The position numbers were made by a program, and so were the translations under genes. The notes beneath the pieces are model-generated. The model saw only the letters and a program-made list of their open reading frames with translations. It was not told the origin of the DNA and searched no databases. A DNA stretch of 64,000 bases from Candidatus Bathyarchaeia archaeon (GTDB lineage Archaea; Thermoproteota; Bathyarchaeia; Bathyarchaeales; Bathycorpusculaceae), in the NCBI GenBank assembly GCA_038848525.1, contig JAWCNN010000004.1, forward strand, positions 11,595 to 75,594. Reading direction: 5' to 3'. Below are positions 19,250-29,599 of the stretch, piece by piece. Each line of letters begins with the position of its first letter. The stretch's first letter is position 1.

Positions 19250-20352
19250 GCCTCAAACACTTCTGGAAATTCCAAATAACGCTTTATTGCTCGGAGGAAT
19301 TTTGCAGCTGGAACTCCATCAACAATTCTATGGTCGTAGGACAGGCTTAAAGTCATATAAGGCTTAATTTCTATTCTTCCGTTGATGGCAACGGGTTTTT
19401 CAACGATTTTTCCAACGCCGAGGATGGCGGCTTCCGGCGGATTGATTATCGGCGTGAAAAACTCAACTTCATGCATGCCCAAATTTGAAACTGTGAAGGT
19501 TCCGCCAGTTAGCTCCTCCCTCCGCAGTTTTCCCATCCTAGCCTTTTCAGTCAAATCCTTAATAGCAATGTTAACCTCTTTCAACGATTTTTTGTCGGCG
19601 TTTCGTATGACTGGCACCACCAAGCCATATTCCGTGGCAACGGCAACGCCCACGTTCACATCCTCAAAAACTTTTATGGCATTTCCCTCAAACGTCGAGT
19701 TTATTATTGGATTTTCAGCCAACGCCTTCGCAACAGCCGCAACAATAAGGGCTGTATAGGAAACTTGAAGCTTTTCATGTAGCAAAGCCATTTTCGAAGC
19801 GTTAACGCTCATCATTATCGTGCTATGAGGCGCCGTCCTAAAACTTGCGGAAACCCTTTCAGCAGAAGTTCGCCTATAACCGCTTAATGGAATAACCTCT
19901 CGAACTTTGGGCAGCACCCCACGGTTTTCCTCAACAAACCTTCTCACATCTTCCTCAACAACACGCCCTTCGGGACCAGTGCCTTTAACAAGGGACAAGT
20001 CCACGCCGTATTCTTTTGCTAGGCGTTTTGCGGCTGGCGAAGCCAAAACACGCTTTTCCTCTTCAGCTGCTTCTTTGGGTGTTTCAGCCATTTCCACTTC
20101 AGAAAATTCTTCGTTTGGAGCTGTTATGATGGCTAATACGGAGTCAACTGGAGCGTTAACGCCTTCGCCGACAAAGATTTTTCGCAGTATGCCAGAGGCT
20201 GGAGCCTCCAAATCATATGTGGCTTTTTCAGAAATTATTTCCACCAGCGGCTCGCCCTTCTCAACTGTGTCGCCCTCTTTCTTGTACCATTGACCAACCG
20301 TGCCTTCACGCATCGTCAAACTAAGTTTTGGCATAACAACCTTCGTAACCAT
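19246..20352 (-). CDS. 2-oxoacid dehydrogenase E2 (dihydrolipoamide acyltransferase)
   Basis: Start moved to the ATG of MVTKVVMPKL, 9 nt after AAGGAGG. It has a lipoyl domain (EIISEKATYDLEAP), a subunit-binding domain (ASPAAKRLAKEYGVDL) and the catalytic DHRIVDG motif. Confidence 0.9.
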   Translation of the reverse strand: MVTKVVMPKLSLTMREGTVGQWYKKEGDTVEKGEPLVEIISEKATYDLEAPASGILRKIFVGEGVNAPVDSVLAIITAPNEEFSEVEMAETPKEAAEEEKRVLASPAAKRLAKEYGVDLSLVKGTGPEGRVVEEDVRRFVEENRGVLPKVREVIPLSGYRRTSAERVSASFRTAPHSTIMMSVNASKMALLHEKLQVSYTALIVAAVAKALAENPIINSTFEGNAIKVFEDVNVGVAVATEYGLVVPVIRNADKKSLKEVNIAIKDLTEKARMGKLRREELTGGTFTVSNLGMHEVEFFTPIINPPEAAILGVGKIVEKPVAINGRIEIKPYMTLSLSYDHRIVDGVPAAKFLRAIKRYLEFPEVFEA

Positions 20353-20353
20353 T

Positions 20354-21328
20354 CTAGACAACCTCCTTAACGGCTTTTATTATGGCTTTTTCGTCTGGAA
20401 TCACATACTTTTCTAATGGCGGGCTGAATGGTATGGGAGTGTCTGGTTCGGCTACACGCCTTATTGGAGCGTCCAAATAGTCTATGGCTTCTTCAGCTAT
20501 TACAGCGGCAATTTCGGCTGTTACACCAGCGGTTTTGCAGTCCTCACTTACAATTACTACTCTGCCAGTTTTCCTAACAGATTTAATTATCGCCTGCTTG
20601 TCCAGCGGCGTTAACGTTCTTGGGTCAACAACCTCAGCGTTTATGCCCTCGCCTTTAAGTTCTTCAGCCGCTTTTAAGGCTTTGTGAACCATGTATAATG
20701 TGGCTACTATCGTAACGTCGGCGCCTTCCTTTTTCACGTCAGCCCTCCCAAAGGCTATGGTATACTCTTCTTCTGGAACTTCACCCTTAACCGGATACAA
20801 CAGTTTGTGTTCGCAAAAAAGCGTTGGGTTGTCGCCTCGTATAGCCGATTTTAAAAGTCCCTTTGCATCGTATGGCGTGGATGGCACAGCAACGCATAAG
20901 CCTGGAACGTGCATGAACCATGCTTCTAGGCTTTGTGAGTGATGCGCTGCGATGTTGACGCCTCCGCCGAAAGGCGTTCTGATTACCAGTGGGCATTTGG
21001 TTTGTCCGCCGAACATGTAATGTATTTTTGCGGCTTGGTTTGCAATTTGGTCCATTGCTAAAGCTGTTAAATCGCCAAACATTATTTCAGCTACGGGACG
21101 CATGCCAGTTAAGGCTGCGCCTATTGCTGCGCCGATTATGGCGGATTCTGATATGGGTGTGTCCCTAACTCTTTCATCGCCGAATTCTTCGGCTAAGCCT
21201 TCTGTAACTTTGAAGGCGCCTCCCCAGTATCTGCCGATGTCTTCGCCTAAAAGAAAAACTGTTGGGTTTCTGTGCATTTCCTCTCGTAAGGCTTCACGAA
21301 GCGCTTCTCTGTAGGTTATTACTGGCAT
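20354..21328 (-). CDS. 2-oxoacid dehydrogenase E1 beta subunit
   Basis: Start moved to MPVITYREAL after an AAGGAGG SD. Transketolase-like pyrimidine-binding and C-terminal domains. Confidence 0.92.
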   Translation of the reverse strand: MPVITYREALREALREEMHRNPTVFLLGEDIGRYWGGAFKVTEGLAEEFGDERVRDTPISESAIIGAAIGAALTGMRPVAEIMFGDLTALAMDQIANQAAKIHYMFGGQTKCPLVIRTPFGGGVNIAAHHSQSLEAWFMHVPGLCVAVPSTPYDAKGLLKSAIRGDNPTLFCEHKLLYPVKGEVPEEEYTIAFGRADVKKEGADVTIVATLYMVHKALKAAEELKGEGINAEVVDPRTLTPLDKQAIIKSVRKTGRVVIVSEDCKTAGVTAEIAAVIAEEAIDYLDAPIRRVAEPDTPIPFSPPLEKYVIPDEKAIIKAVKEVV

Positions 21329-21347
21329 TTGCCGTTTTCCTCCTTTT

Positions 21348-22316
21348 TCAAGCGTAAACATCTTCTAGGGCTTCTTCCGGGTTTGGATATGGACTTTCCA
21401 TGGCGAATTTAACAGCTTCTTCAACTTTAGCTGAAACTTCCCTTTCAATTTGTTGAACTTCCGCCTCTGTTAAAACGTTTGTTTGTAACAGCTTTTCCCC
21501 AAAACGTTTTATTGGGTCTTTGGTTAGCCACTGTTCAACCTCTTCTCTTGGGCGGTACTTTGCTGGGTCAACACGTGAATGGCCCTTGTGCCTATAAGTT
21601 TTACATTCAATAAGCGTCGGTCCAAAACCGTTTCTGGCGTTTTCAACAGCCTTTTGCGTTGCGTCGTAAACCGCCAAAACGTCGTTTCCATCAACGACAA
21701 CGCCTGGAATCCCATAAGCCACAGCCCTATCAGCAACATTCATAATTTTCATAACTATGGATTGGCGTGTTCCCATAGCGTAAAGGTTGTTTTCGCAGAT
21801 GAAAATTACTGGAAGCCGCCATATAGAAGCCAAATTTAAGCCTTCGTGGAACGTGCCCTGGTTTGAGGCGCCTTCGCCGAAGAAACACGCTACGACTTGG
21901 CTTGTTTTTCTAAGCTTTATGGATAAGCCAGCGCCAACAGCAATTGGAATTCCAGCGCCGACAACAGCCGTAGCGCCCAAAATGCCCAAGCTGAAGTCGG
22001 CAATGTGCATTGAACCGCCCTTGCCCTTGCAGTAGCCAGTCCGCTTACCCAAAATTTCAGCCATAACCCGCCTTATGTCGGCGCCTTTGGCTATGCAGTG
22101 ACCATGACCCCTATGCGTACTCGTAATATAATCGTCTTTTTTAAGTGCGGAGCAGACGCCGACGGCTACGGCTTCTTCTCCAGCATAAAGGTGAATTGTG
22201 CCTGGAACAAGGTTTTGAGCGTACAAGTCGAAAACTTTTTCTTCAAAAAAGCGAATTTCAACCATTCGCTTATACATACCAACAAGCATTTCCTTTGGCA
22301 ACTGCTGTTGCATCAA
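21348..22316 (-). CDS. 2-oxoacid dehydrogenase E1 alpha subunit (TPP-dependent)
   Basis: TPP motif GEGASNQGTFHEGLNLA...ENNLYAM and YRHKGHS. Confidence 0.92.
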   Translation of the reverse strand: MMQQQLPKEMLVGMYKRMVEIRFFEEKVFDLYAQNLVPGTIHLYAGEEAVAVGVCSALKKDDYITSTHRGHGHCIAKGADIRRVMAEILGKRTGYCKGKGGSMHIADFSLGILGATAVVGAGIPIAVGAGLSIKLRKTSQVVACFFGEGASNQGTFHEGLNLASIWRLPVIFICENNLYAMGTRQSIVMKIMNVADRAVAYGIPGVVVDGNDVLAVYDATQKAVENARNGFGPTLIECKTYRHKGHSRVDPAKYRPREEVEQWLTKDPIKRFGEKLLQTNVLTEAEVQQIEREVSAKVEEAVKFAMESPYPNPEEALEDVYA

Positions 22317-22434
22317 CCACTATTCCTCCGAGAGGATTATCAACTTCTTATAGGCTATGACCCTTATATTTTTTAAAGACAACAGCACAAACCATATAGA
22401 ACACAAATTCTCGTAAATATTATTAGGAGTCTAA

Positions 22435-23658
22435 ATGCAGAAGTCTTATTCGCGTTTGTTGGGTATAGTTGGTAAGCCTAACACTGGCAAATCCACATTT
22501 TTTAGCGCTGCAACTTTAGCGCCAGCAGAAATTGCTAATTACCCATTTACAACAATAAAACCAAACAGAGGCATCGGTTATGTGCGAACTCCGTGCGTTC
22601 ACGAGGAATTCGGCGTTAAGGATAATCCTGTTAATTCGCTGTGTTTGGATGGCGTTAGGCTTATTCCCGTGGAGTTTATTGATTGTGCTGGGCTTGTGCC
22701 TGGTGCATGGCAAGGCAGAGGCTTAGGCAACCAGTTTTTGGATGAGATTAGGAAGGCAGATGCCCTAATTCACATAGTGGATGCTTCTGGTGGAACAGAC
22801 AGTGAAGGGCGGTTGTGTAAGCCGGGCGAGCATGACCCAGTTGAGGATGTGAAGTTTTTAGAGCATGAAATGACCATGTGGATGGCAAATATACTGCGGC
22901 GGGATTGGCCGAAAATTGCGAGAACCGCCGAGTCGGAAGCGAAAGACCTTTATGGGATTTTGGAGGAGCGCCTAAGCGGTTTGGCGATTAAGCGGTGGCA
23001 GATTTTTGAGGCTGTTAGAAAAGCGGGGTTAAACGCTGAAAAGCCCACGCAGTGGAGTGAAGAAGACTTTTTAAGGTTTGTGGACACGCTTAGGCGGATT
23101 GCCAAACCCATGTTGATAGCCGCCAACAAAATAGATGTTCCACAAGCCGAAGCCAACTTGGAAAGGCTGAAAAAACTTGACTGCATAGTTGTTCCATGCT
23201 GTGCAGAGGCGGAACTTGCACTGCGAAGGGCAGCGGAAAAACAGTTAATTGACTATAAACCTGGAGACAACAACTTCAAAATAAAAAGCCCAGAAAGGCT
23301 AAGTGAAAGCCAAATTAGGGCTTTGGAAACCATAAGGGAAAAAATTCTCCTCAAATACGGTTCGACGGGCGTTCAAGAAGCCATAAACACGGCTTACTTC
23401 AAACTTTTAAAAATGATTACCGTTTATCCAGTTGAAGATTTAGAACACCTAACAGACCATAACGGAAGGATTTTACCAGACGCCTACCTCGTGCCATACG
23501 GAACAACAGCCCGCCAACTCGCCTATCTAATACACACAGAACTAGGCGAAAGCTTCATTTACGCAGTTGAAGCCAGAGAAAAAAAACGCATCGGCGAAGA
23601 CTACACCCTAAAAGATAAAGACGTAATCTCAATAATAAGCGCCAAAAAAAGAGCCTAA
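22435..23658 (+). CDS. ychF: YchF/OLA1-like P-loop NTPase with a C-terminal TGS domain
   Basis: G1 motif GKPNTGKST, G3 motif DCAGLV, and a TGS-like C-terminus. Confidence 0.85.
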   Translation: MQKSYSRLLGIVGKPNTGKSTFFSAATLAPAEIANYPFTTIKPNRGIGYVRTPCVHEEFGVKDNPVNSLCLDGVRLIPVEFIDCAGLVPGAWQGRGLGNQFLDEIRKADALIHIVDASGGTDSEGRLCKPGEHDPVEDVKFLEHEMTMWMANILRRDWPKIARTAESEAKDLYGILEERLSGLAIKRWQIFEAVRKAGLNAEKPTQWSEEDFLRFVDTLRRIAKPMLIAANKIDVPQAEANLERLKKLDCIVVPCCAEAELALRRAAEKQLIDYKPGDNNFKIKSPERLSESQIRALETIREKILLKYGSTGVQEAINTAYFKLLKMITVYPVEDLEHLTDHNGRILPDAYLVPYGTTARQLAYLIHTELGESFIYAVEAREKKRIGEDYTLKDKDVISIISAKKRA

Positions 23659-23766
23659 CTTCGCCTTTTATTGTTGTTAAAAATTTCAGCAAAACAACAA
23701 CGCATACCACGAACCGCCAAATGTCATCGTCTTTTGAAATTTTACGCAGACAACATTTAAGACAGA

Positions 23767-24552
23767 TTATGCGCCAAAACGACGCTTACGCTTCTGAAAA
23801 GTCCGCACAGCCCTTAAAAGGTCTATTAAGCGAAAATCAGGCCAGTAAACATCCAAAAAGCAAAGTTCGCTGTAAGCTGACTGCCACAACAAAAAGCCAC
23901 TCAACCTTTCTTCACCCGAAGTTCGAATTATGAGGTCTGGGTCCTGCTTCGGCATATACGCCGTATAAAGGTACTTTTCAAATAACCCTTCATCAATTTT
24001 CTGAACATCAAATTCGCCTTGTAACACCTTCTCAGCAATTTTCCTCGTTGCGTCAACTATTTCCGCCCTTCCGCCATAGGCAAAAGCAATATTTAAGAAA
24101 TGTTTGTCATAACATTGCGTTGCCATTTCAACCTCTCTTATGAGTTGCTGAAGCCTTTCTGGTAAAAGGTTTACTCTACCGATAACTTTCACACGCACAT
24201 TGCTTTTGTGGATGCGCTCATCCGTTAAGATTTTCCGAAATTGTTCCTCAGCGACACGCATGATTTCTTCAACCTCAACTGGTGAACGCCTAAAATTTTC
24301 TGTGGAAAAAGCATAAAGCGTTATAGACTTAACCTTTAACTTCAAACACCAATCTAGAAGCTGTTCAACCCTTTCAGCGCCCTTTTCATGACCAAACCAA
24401 GGCTTGAGAGCCTTTTCAGAAGCCCACCGCCTATTCCCATCCAAAATTATGGCTATGTGTTCAGGTTTGCCGTCGCCGCTTTTAATTTGATGCCAAAGCC
24501 ATTTCTCATAAAGCTTGTAAACACCAATTATGGAAAGAAGCGTTTTAATCAT
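23767..24552 (-). CDS. uppS: cis-prenyltransferase (undecaprenyl diphosphate synthase family)
   Basis: HIAIILDGNRRWA, LYAFSTENFRR and RTSGEERLSGFLLWQ motifs. Confidence 0.9.
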   Translation of the reverse strand: MIKTLLSIIGVYKLYEKWLWHQIKSGDGKPEHIAIILDGNRRWASEKALKPWFGHEKGAERVEQLLDWCLKLKVKSITLYAFSTENFRRSPVEVEEIMRVAEEQFRKILTDERIHKSNVRVKVIGRVNLLPERLQQLIREVEMATQCYDKHFLNIAFAYGGRAEIVDATRKIAEKVLQGEFDVQKIDEGLFEKYLYTAYMPKQDPDLIIRTSGEERLSGFLLWQSAYSELCFLDVYWPDFRLIDLLRAVRTFQKRKRRFGA

Positions 24553-25400
24553 TATTTAAGCCTCGCATTCCTAAGCGCAACGGCACATGAACAGTTGCCT
24601 CCACGCTGGATAGGTAAAGCCTTCACACTCTCAATTAAAACTTGCTCTATAAATGGCATAATCTGCACTGAAGCATCCGAAACTTCCAAAGGCGTTAAGC
24701 GCTCCTGCATTCCAGCAGCCATATTAGAAACAAAACATAAAGCGGCATAACAAATTTCAAGCTCCCTCGCCAAAACAGCTTCTGGAACACCAGTCATCCC
24801 AACAACATCACAGCCCAAACGCCTAAACATTTCAATTTCCGCTGAAGTTTCAAAACGTGGACCTTCAGTGCAAACCATAACTGCCCTATCCCACACACGC
24901 CTACAAAACTTTAAAGCATTTTCAATTAGGATTTTGCGTATTTCTGGGCAATAGGGCTGTGAAACATCAACATGTGTCACTGGAGCTTCATCATAAAACG
25001 TTGCGGAACGAAGTTTCGTAAAATCAACAAAATCGTGGGGAACGACGATGTCACCTGGTTTAAACTCGTGGTTTATTGCTCCAACGGCGTTTACAGCAAC
25101 AATTCTTTGTACATCTAACATGTGCAATGCGTAAATGTTCGCCCTATAATTTATTTTGTGCGGTGGAATGGAGTGGTCTGGGCCGTGCCTCGGCAGGAAA
25201 ACCACTTCTTTATCATATATTTTTCCAACAGATAATGGTGGAGCAATCCCGTATGGTGTTCCCAAACGCAGTTGTTCAGCTTCTTTAAACAGTTTTTTGA
25301 AGCCTGTTCCACCAATAATGGCTATTCTATTCTTTACCAAACTCCTCAGCCTGCTCTTTTGTCTCTTTAAAGAAGCTCCTCGCAGACCTATGAATAACAA
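24552..25400 (-). CDS. mtnP: S-methyl-5'-thioadenosine phosphorylase / purine nucleoside phosphorylase
   Basis: IAIIGGTG, FLPRHG and VGMTGVPE motifs. The start is uncertain: an ATG at 25400, or a TTG at 25340 giving MVKNRIAIIGG. Confidence 0.85.
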   Translation of the reverse strand: MLFIGLRGASLKRQKSRLRSLVKNRIAIIGGTGFKKLFKEAEQLRLGTPYGIAPPLSVGKIYDKEVVFLPRHGPDHSIPPHKINYRANIYALHMLDVQRIVAVNAVGAINHEFKPGDIVVPHDFVDFTKLRSATFYDEAPVTHVDVSQPYCPEIRKILIENALKFCRRVWDRAVMVCTEGPRFETSAEIEMFRRLGCDVVGMTGVPEAVLARELEICYAALCFVSNMAAGMQERLTPLEVSDASVQIMPFIEQVLIESVKALPIQRGGNCSCAVALRNARLK

Positions 25401-26496
25401 TTATAACTAAAACAGAAGCTATGCCTATTAGTATGCCAACAACTATGGAGAAAACAAGTTTTTCATATCCCATTTCAGGCTTGATTAACACGCTGGACGT
25501 TCCCTCAAGAATCCACCTTGACCATGCAACAGTAACTATCAAAGCGGCGTTCCGCAGCAACCGTGTGTCATGTTCCATGTACCACCGAATAGCCCTGCCC
25601 AACAAAGTCACGCAAATGCCCACCACTATAAGGTCCATGGACCCTTGGATGAACCAGCCTATTATTTTTGGTAAGTTGCTAATCCAACCAGCCAAATCTG
25701 TTGGCGGCGTAATTTTTGTCCAACCTAAATAAATGCCGACGGCTATGCATAAACTTCCGACGATTGTGGCGTAATTTGAAATTTGCACTTGAAGGGGGGG
25801 AGGCGAATACTCTTTTATCCACTTGTAAAAGTTTTTAACTGTTCTGTCAACTCCAAAACCCTTCACAAGCATGAATGCACCCAACACAAAAAGGAAAACC
25901 CACCAAAAAATGTTGAGCATGTTAAAAATTGAAAGTATTCCCAACATTAGGATGATAAGCCCAGGCAAGCCAAGCACTATGCGGGAATATCGCGGATTTT
26001 CCCACATCATTTTTAAGTATCGTGAAAATAGGGCGGCTGTCTCCTCAATTGACTCGCTGTGTTTCACAACAATTCTCCGTACAGATGAAACTGGAACCCT
26101 TGACTCTATAAGGGGTAAAACAGCCTCATCCGAGTAACCATCCGTAACCAAAATAACCTCATTTGCTGGAAAAACATCTAACAACTCGTTGAGTTCAGCA
26201 ACTATTTTTCTATCTGCTCCAACTCCGCCAAGCTCTAAACCCGATATTGTCGCTATTTCACAAACCTCTTCTGGTTTGCCCTCGCTTGTTAATCGGTCAT
26301 ATAAGCGGATTGCCTCAAACATGGCATTTGCGTCTGGCTCTTCTGGGTCATGTAAGGCTAGGGATACTGCTGCATTTAGGTTTTCATTTCTGCCGACAAC
26401 TGGGGTTTTTATTTCGGCTTTTGCTCCTAAATCGCCGTCTCTGTCAACGCATAAAATGAGTATCCGCTTTTTCTCGGCTGGTTCTTCCTTAACCAT
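25327..26496 (-). CDS. DUF373-family archaeal membrane protein
   Basis: Soluble N-terminal domain (ILILCVDRDGDLG) followed by about six TM helices. Confidence 0.7.
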   Translation of the reverse strand: MVKEEPAEKKRILILCVDRDGDLGAKAEIKTPVVGRNENLNAAVSLALHDPEEPDANAMFEAIRLYDRLTSEGKPEEVCEIATISGLELGGVGADRKIVAELNELLDVFPANEVILVTDGYSDEAVLPLIESRVPVSSVRRIVVKHSESIEETAALFSRYLKMMWENPRYSRIVLGLPGLIILMLGILSIFNMLNIFWWVFLFVLGAFMLVKGFGVDRTVKNFYKWIKEYSPPPLQVQISNYATIVGSLCIAVGIYLGWTKITPPTDLAGWISNLPKIIGWFIQGSMDLIVVGICVTLLGRAIRWYMEHDTRLLRNAALIVTVAWSRWILEGTSSVLIKPEMGYEKLVFSIVVGILIGIASVLVIIVIHRSARSFFKETKEQAEEFGKE

Positions 26497-26540
26497 TTTG
26501 GGCTTTTCCTCACTATTATTTATGGTGGCTCACTTTAATT

Positions 26541-27383
26541 TTATGCTTTTATTCCCTTTTCTGCAAGCAATTGGAATTCTTCCCATGTCAGTTTTTCGCC
26601 ACGCTTCAGCTTTTCTCTCGCTTGTTTTTCAAGTTTTTTGCGAATGTCCCCTTCAATTTGCCTTTTTTCTTTTTCCTTCAATATTTTTATTTGATTTGAA
26701 ATTTGGTAAATTTCCTCTTGAACTGGTTTCAATTTTTCTTTTGTTTGTAGAAAGAGCGTGTGTAGCCTATCAGCTTCAGCTTTAAGCTTTTTTGATTCAT
26801 CAATTTTTTCAAGCATTTTCTCGTGGATTTTCTGGCTTTTCTGCGCAGTTTTCTTCAGTTTTTCATGAAAATCTTTACTTTTTGTTTTAAGAGCCGTAAG
26901 CTCTGCTTTCAATTCAACAAGTTTCTGGTTTAATTGTTTCAGCTTCCTGTAAATGTTTAATTGAGACTCCAACTGTCTAACTTGCTCCACAAGTTCCTGC
27001 TCATCTTTCAGGCTTAATGGAGTTGTTTGAATTTTCCATTCAACACTCTCAAACTCTTTTTGCAATGTTTGGAAGCTTTTTGAAGGTTTTCTTTTAAACA
27101 GTGCATTAAATTCATTGCGTGTTTTAGTTATTTCTTCGATTTTTATGCCCATTTCCATTTTTGTTTCGTTTCTCTGCCTTTTCAACTCCTTAACTTCTTC
27201 GTTCAGTCCGTCCCTTTCAGTTTTAAGTTCAAGGATTTCCGCCCTCAAAATCTTAAGTTTTTCATTTAATTCATTTCTTTTTTCTGCAAAAGCCCTTGCT
27301 TCATCATCAAGTTCTTTTTTGCGCTCTTTCAACTTCAAAAGTTTACTAGTTAACTTCTGAATGGATTGTTCCGTTTCTGACAA
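26541..27383 (-). CDS. archaeal coiled-coil protein (COG1340-like)
   Basis: 280 aa, almost entirely K/E-rich heptad repeats. Confidence 0.6.
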   Translation of the reverse strand: MSETEQSIQKLTSKLLKLKERKKELDDEARAFAEKRNELNEKLKILRAEILELKTERDGLNEEVKELKRQRNETKMEMGIKIEEITKTRNEFNALFKRKPSKSFQTLQKEFESVEWKIQTTPLSLKDEQELVEQVRQLESQLNIYRKLKQLNQKLVELKAELTALKTKSKDFHEKLKKTAQKSQKIHEKMLEKIDESKKLKAEADRLHTLFLQTKEKLKPVQEEIYQISNQIKILKEKEKRQIEGDIRKKLEKQAREKLKRGEKLTWEEFQLLAEKGIKA

Positions 27384-28154
27384 TCACTTTTCCTCTTTTC
27401 CACGCCTTGCCCATTCAATAATTTGTTTAATTAATTTTTTCCCGTTCTCTGAAGTGAAAAGCGGCAAACTCCATTCCTCTTTAACCATCCATCTTTCCGC
27501 AATATTCGTTTCGGTTTGTTTTAGGAGGGGTTGCTTATACAGTAGAACTCCTCTCCTCTGCCACTGTGGAGTTTCAGCCAAGTTTACACCTTGCTTAAAG
27601 GCAATTTCATGAATTTCCCCGGTTTTTAATCCCTTAAGTTTTTCAGAAATTTCAGATGGCGCTAAACCCGTTTTTCTGAAAATCCAATAGGCATAAGCGT
27701 TATTATGGTTTCGCCACGCATCCATCTGCCTCCAAACCAAATATTCAACTGCTTTCGCTACATCTGAAGCGACAACAACGCGGGAATCAAAAGCCACGTC
27801 AACCGTTACGCCAAAAAGTTTTTGAAGACTTAAAGCGAAAGCGCTGGAAACCAAACCAGCCAAAACAGAATCCATCTTTTCAATTCTTCCACGAAAGGGC
27901 GCCACACCCAAAAATAAGGCGTTTAATTCGTCGCTAACTATGTAAATTAAGGCTGGGTTAAACCCCTTCCTAAAAAGGGCTTTTCCAGAAGAGACTAGGC
28001 TTTCTGCAATTCTTCTGTCGAAAGGCTTTTCAGTTTTTATAGTTTCTGAAAGTTTCTTGAATTTCCACCCGTTCAACCTCACAAAGAAGGGGTTTTCGGG
28101 TGGGACACAAGTTTTCGAAAAAATTTCGTGCTTATTCCAAGAGGATGCTCGCAT
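27384..28154 (-). CDS. tRNA(His) guanylyltransferase Thg1-like protein
   Basis: FFVRLNGWKFKKL, IVSDELNALF and YLVWRQMDAWRNHNN match the Thg1/TLP family. Confidence 0.8.
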   Translation of the reverse strand: MRASSWNKHEIFSKTCVPPENPFFVRLNGWKFKKLSETIKTEKPFDRRIAESLVSSGKALFRKGFNPALIYIVSDELNALFLGVAPFRGRIEKMDSVLAGLVSSAFALSLQKLFGVTVDVAFDSRVVVASDVAKAVEYLVWRQMDAWRNHNNAYAYWIFRKTGLAPSEISEKLKGLKTGEIHEIAFKQGVNLAETPQWQRRGVLLYKQPLLKQTETNIAERWMVKEEWSLPLFTSENGKKLIKQIIEWARRGKEEK

Positions 28155-28165
28155 GTGTTGTTTTC

Positions 28166-29203
28166 TCAGCTTAATTCTTGTAGCGCCTTTAATCGCTTTA
28201 CTATGTTGGGATGTGTCGAAAAGATTTCCGCAACTTTCTCTGCTGTTGTTATTTCCCGCGATAAAATTTCTCGCACAAGTTTTTGGTCGCTTGAAATGGC
28301 TGATAATGCCATGGAGTCCGCATCTGTACGATCTGGGTCAGCAATAAATAATGCCTTAAAAGCATTGAAGTGTTGTGTTTCCTTTCTGATTCTTCCCATG
28401 TTTCTAGTGTTATGCACGATTTTTGCAAGGGCTTCCGAAAGTTTCCTGGAGCCGTCTTCCACTATTGAGACACTGTGCCTGTCAGCGTAATACTCACGGG
28501 TTCTACTTAAAAGTGTCACACAAACAAGGTTTATAAACATTGCAAATGCGTACATGGCTATGCCTAAAATGGCTATGCCACCGCCACCGCTGTCCCGCTG
28601 GTTTCTGCGGAACGTGGATGAAATAATCAGCGAATAGCCTATGTAATAGAGTATTGCTGGCAACAATGAGGCAAACATCATTATTTGCACATCTCTGTGC
28701 TTTAAGTGTCCAATTTCATGTCCAATAACGGCTTCAACCTCTTCAAAATCCAATGTTTTCATTAGCCCGCTTGTGACGGCTACACGGTTGCCAGCTATTG
28801 GCGAACCATAAGCGAAAGCGTTTGGTATTGGAATCTGCGCAAGCATAACCCTAGGCTTTTTTATTCCGCTTTTCCTACTCAGGTTTTCAATTACTTCGTG
28901 AAGCCTTGGATTTTCATTTTCGGGAATTTCCCTTACACGATACAGAGCGTCGATAATGTAGGGAGCTATTAACCATTGAATAAAGTTAACGGCGACAACA
29001 AAAATGCCGATAACTAACAAATTAGCGCCGAGGATGCTTAACACGACGGCAAAGAATGATGTTGATAAACCAATTATTAGGGCTAGGGAACCAAGCATGG
29101 ATAGGCGAAGCTTCCAAATACTCATTTTTATGCACCTTTCAAAATGGTTCACGATAAGCGGTGACTTATAACTTTTGCGGACAAAAGCAACTAACCTTTT
29201 CAT
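28166..29203 (-). CDS. htpX: M48 zinc metalloprotease HtpX
   Basis: HEIGHLKH motif plus four TM helices. The start may be internal (MSIWKL). Confidence 0.85.
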   Translation of the reverse strand: MKRLVAFVRKSYKSPLIVNHFERCIKMSIWKLRLSMLGSLALIIGLSTSFFAVVLSILGANLLVIGIFVVAVNFIQWLIAPYIIDALYRVREIPENENPRLHEVIENLSRKSGIKKPRVMLAQIPIPNAFAYGSPIAGNRVAVTSGLMKTLDFEEVEAVIGHEIGHLKHRDVQIMMFASLLPAILYYIGYSLIISSTFRRNQRDSGGGGIAILGIAMYAFAMFINLVCVTLLSRTREYYADRHSVSIVEDGSRKLSEALAKIVHNTRNMGRIRKETQHFNAFKALFIADPDRTDADSMALSAISSDQKLVREILSREITTAEKVAEIFSTHPNIVKRLKALQELS

Positions 29204-29499
29204 ATTATTACTTGGTATAGAACTTCAGAATCTTCTCTATTGTCTTGGGTTTGTAACCGCATTTTTGGAGTTTCTTGCGCAAACGCACATATTTTTCCTT
29301 TGACATGCACATCAACTTCTTTTCCGGAAGGCATGGCATGTTTTTCATAAAGTTTCACTGAAATTTTTTCAATTCTAAGAAGCCAATCACATTTGAGGCT
29401 TTCAGCGATGCCCTTCTCAATCCGTTTATCCAATTCGTTATCTGCTTCTGGAACATGTGAAATTACGATTATGGCTTTCTTTGTCATTTGAATCTCCAA
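29200..29499 (-). CDS. hypothetical protein
   Basis: 99-aa ORF that overlaps the htpX start by 4 nt. Confidence 0.35.
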   Translation of the reverse strand: MEIQMTKKAIIVISHVPEADNELDKRIEKGIAESLKCDWLLRIEKISVKLYEKHAMPSGKEVDVHVKGKICAFAQETPKMRLQTQDNREDSEVLYQVII

Positions 29500-29599
29500 C
29501 GAAATATTAAGTAAGATAAAGTATATGAAGTATACTATAAAAGATAATATTGGATTAAGTTAACTAAGGTGAAAAAATACGAAAAAGGAGACAAAAGAA

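Noticed and set aside
23671-23700. Hairpin TTGTTGTT-N14-AACAACAA between the convergent ychF and uppS genes
   Set aside because: It is only an 8-bp, mostly A/T stem with a large loop. It may contribute to termination together with the adjacent T-tract, but it is too weak to annotate.
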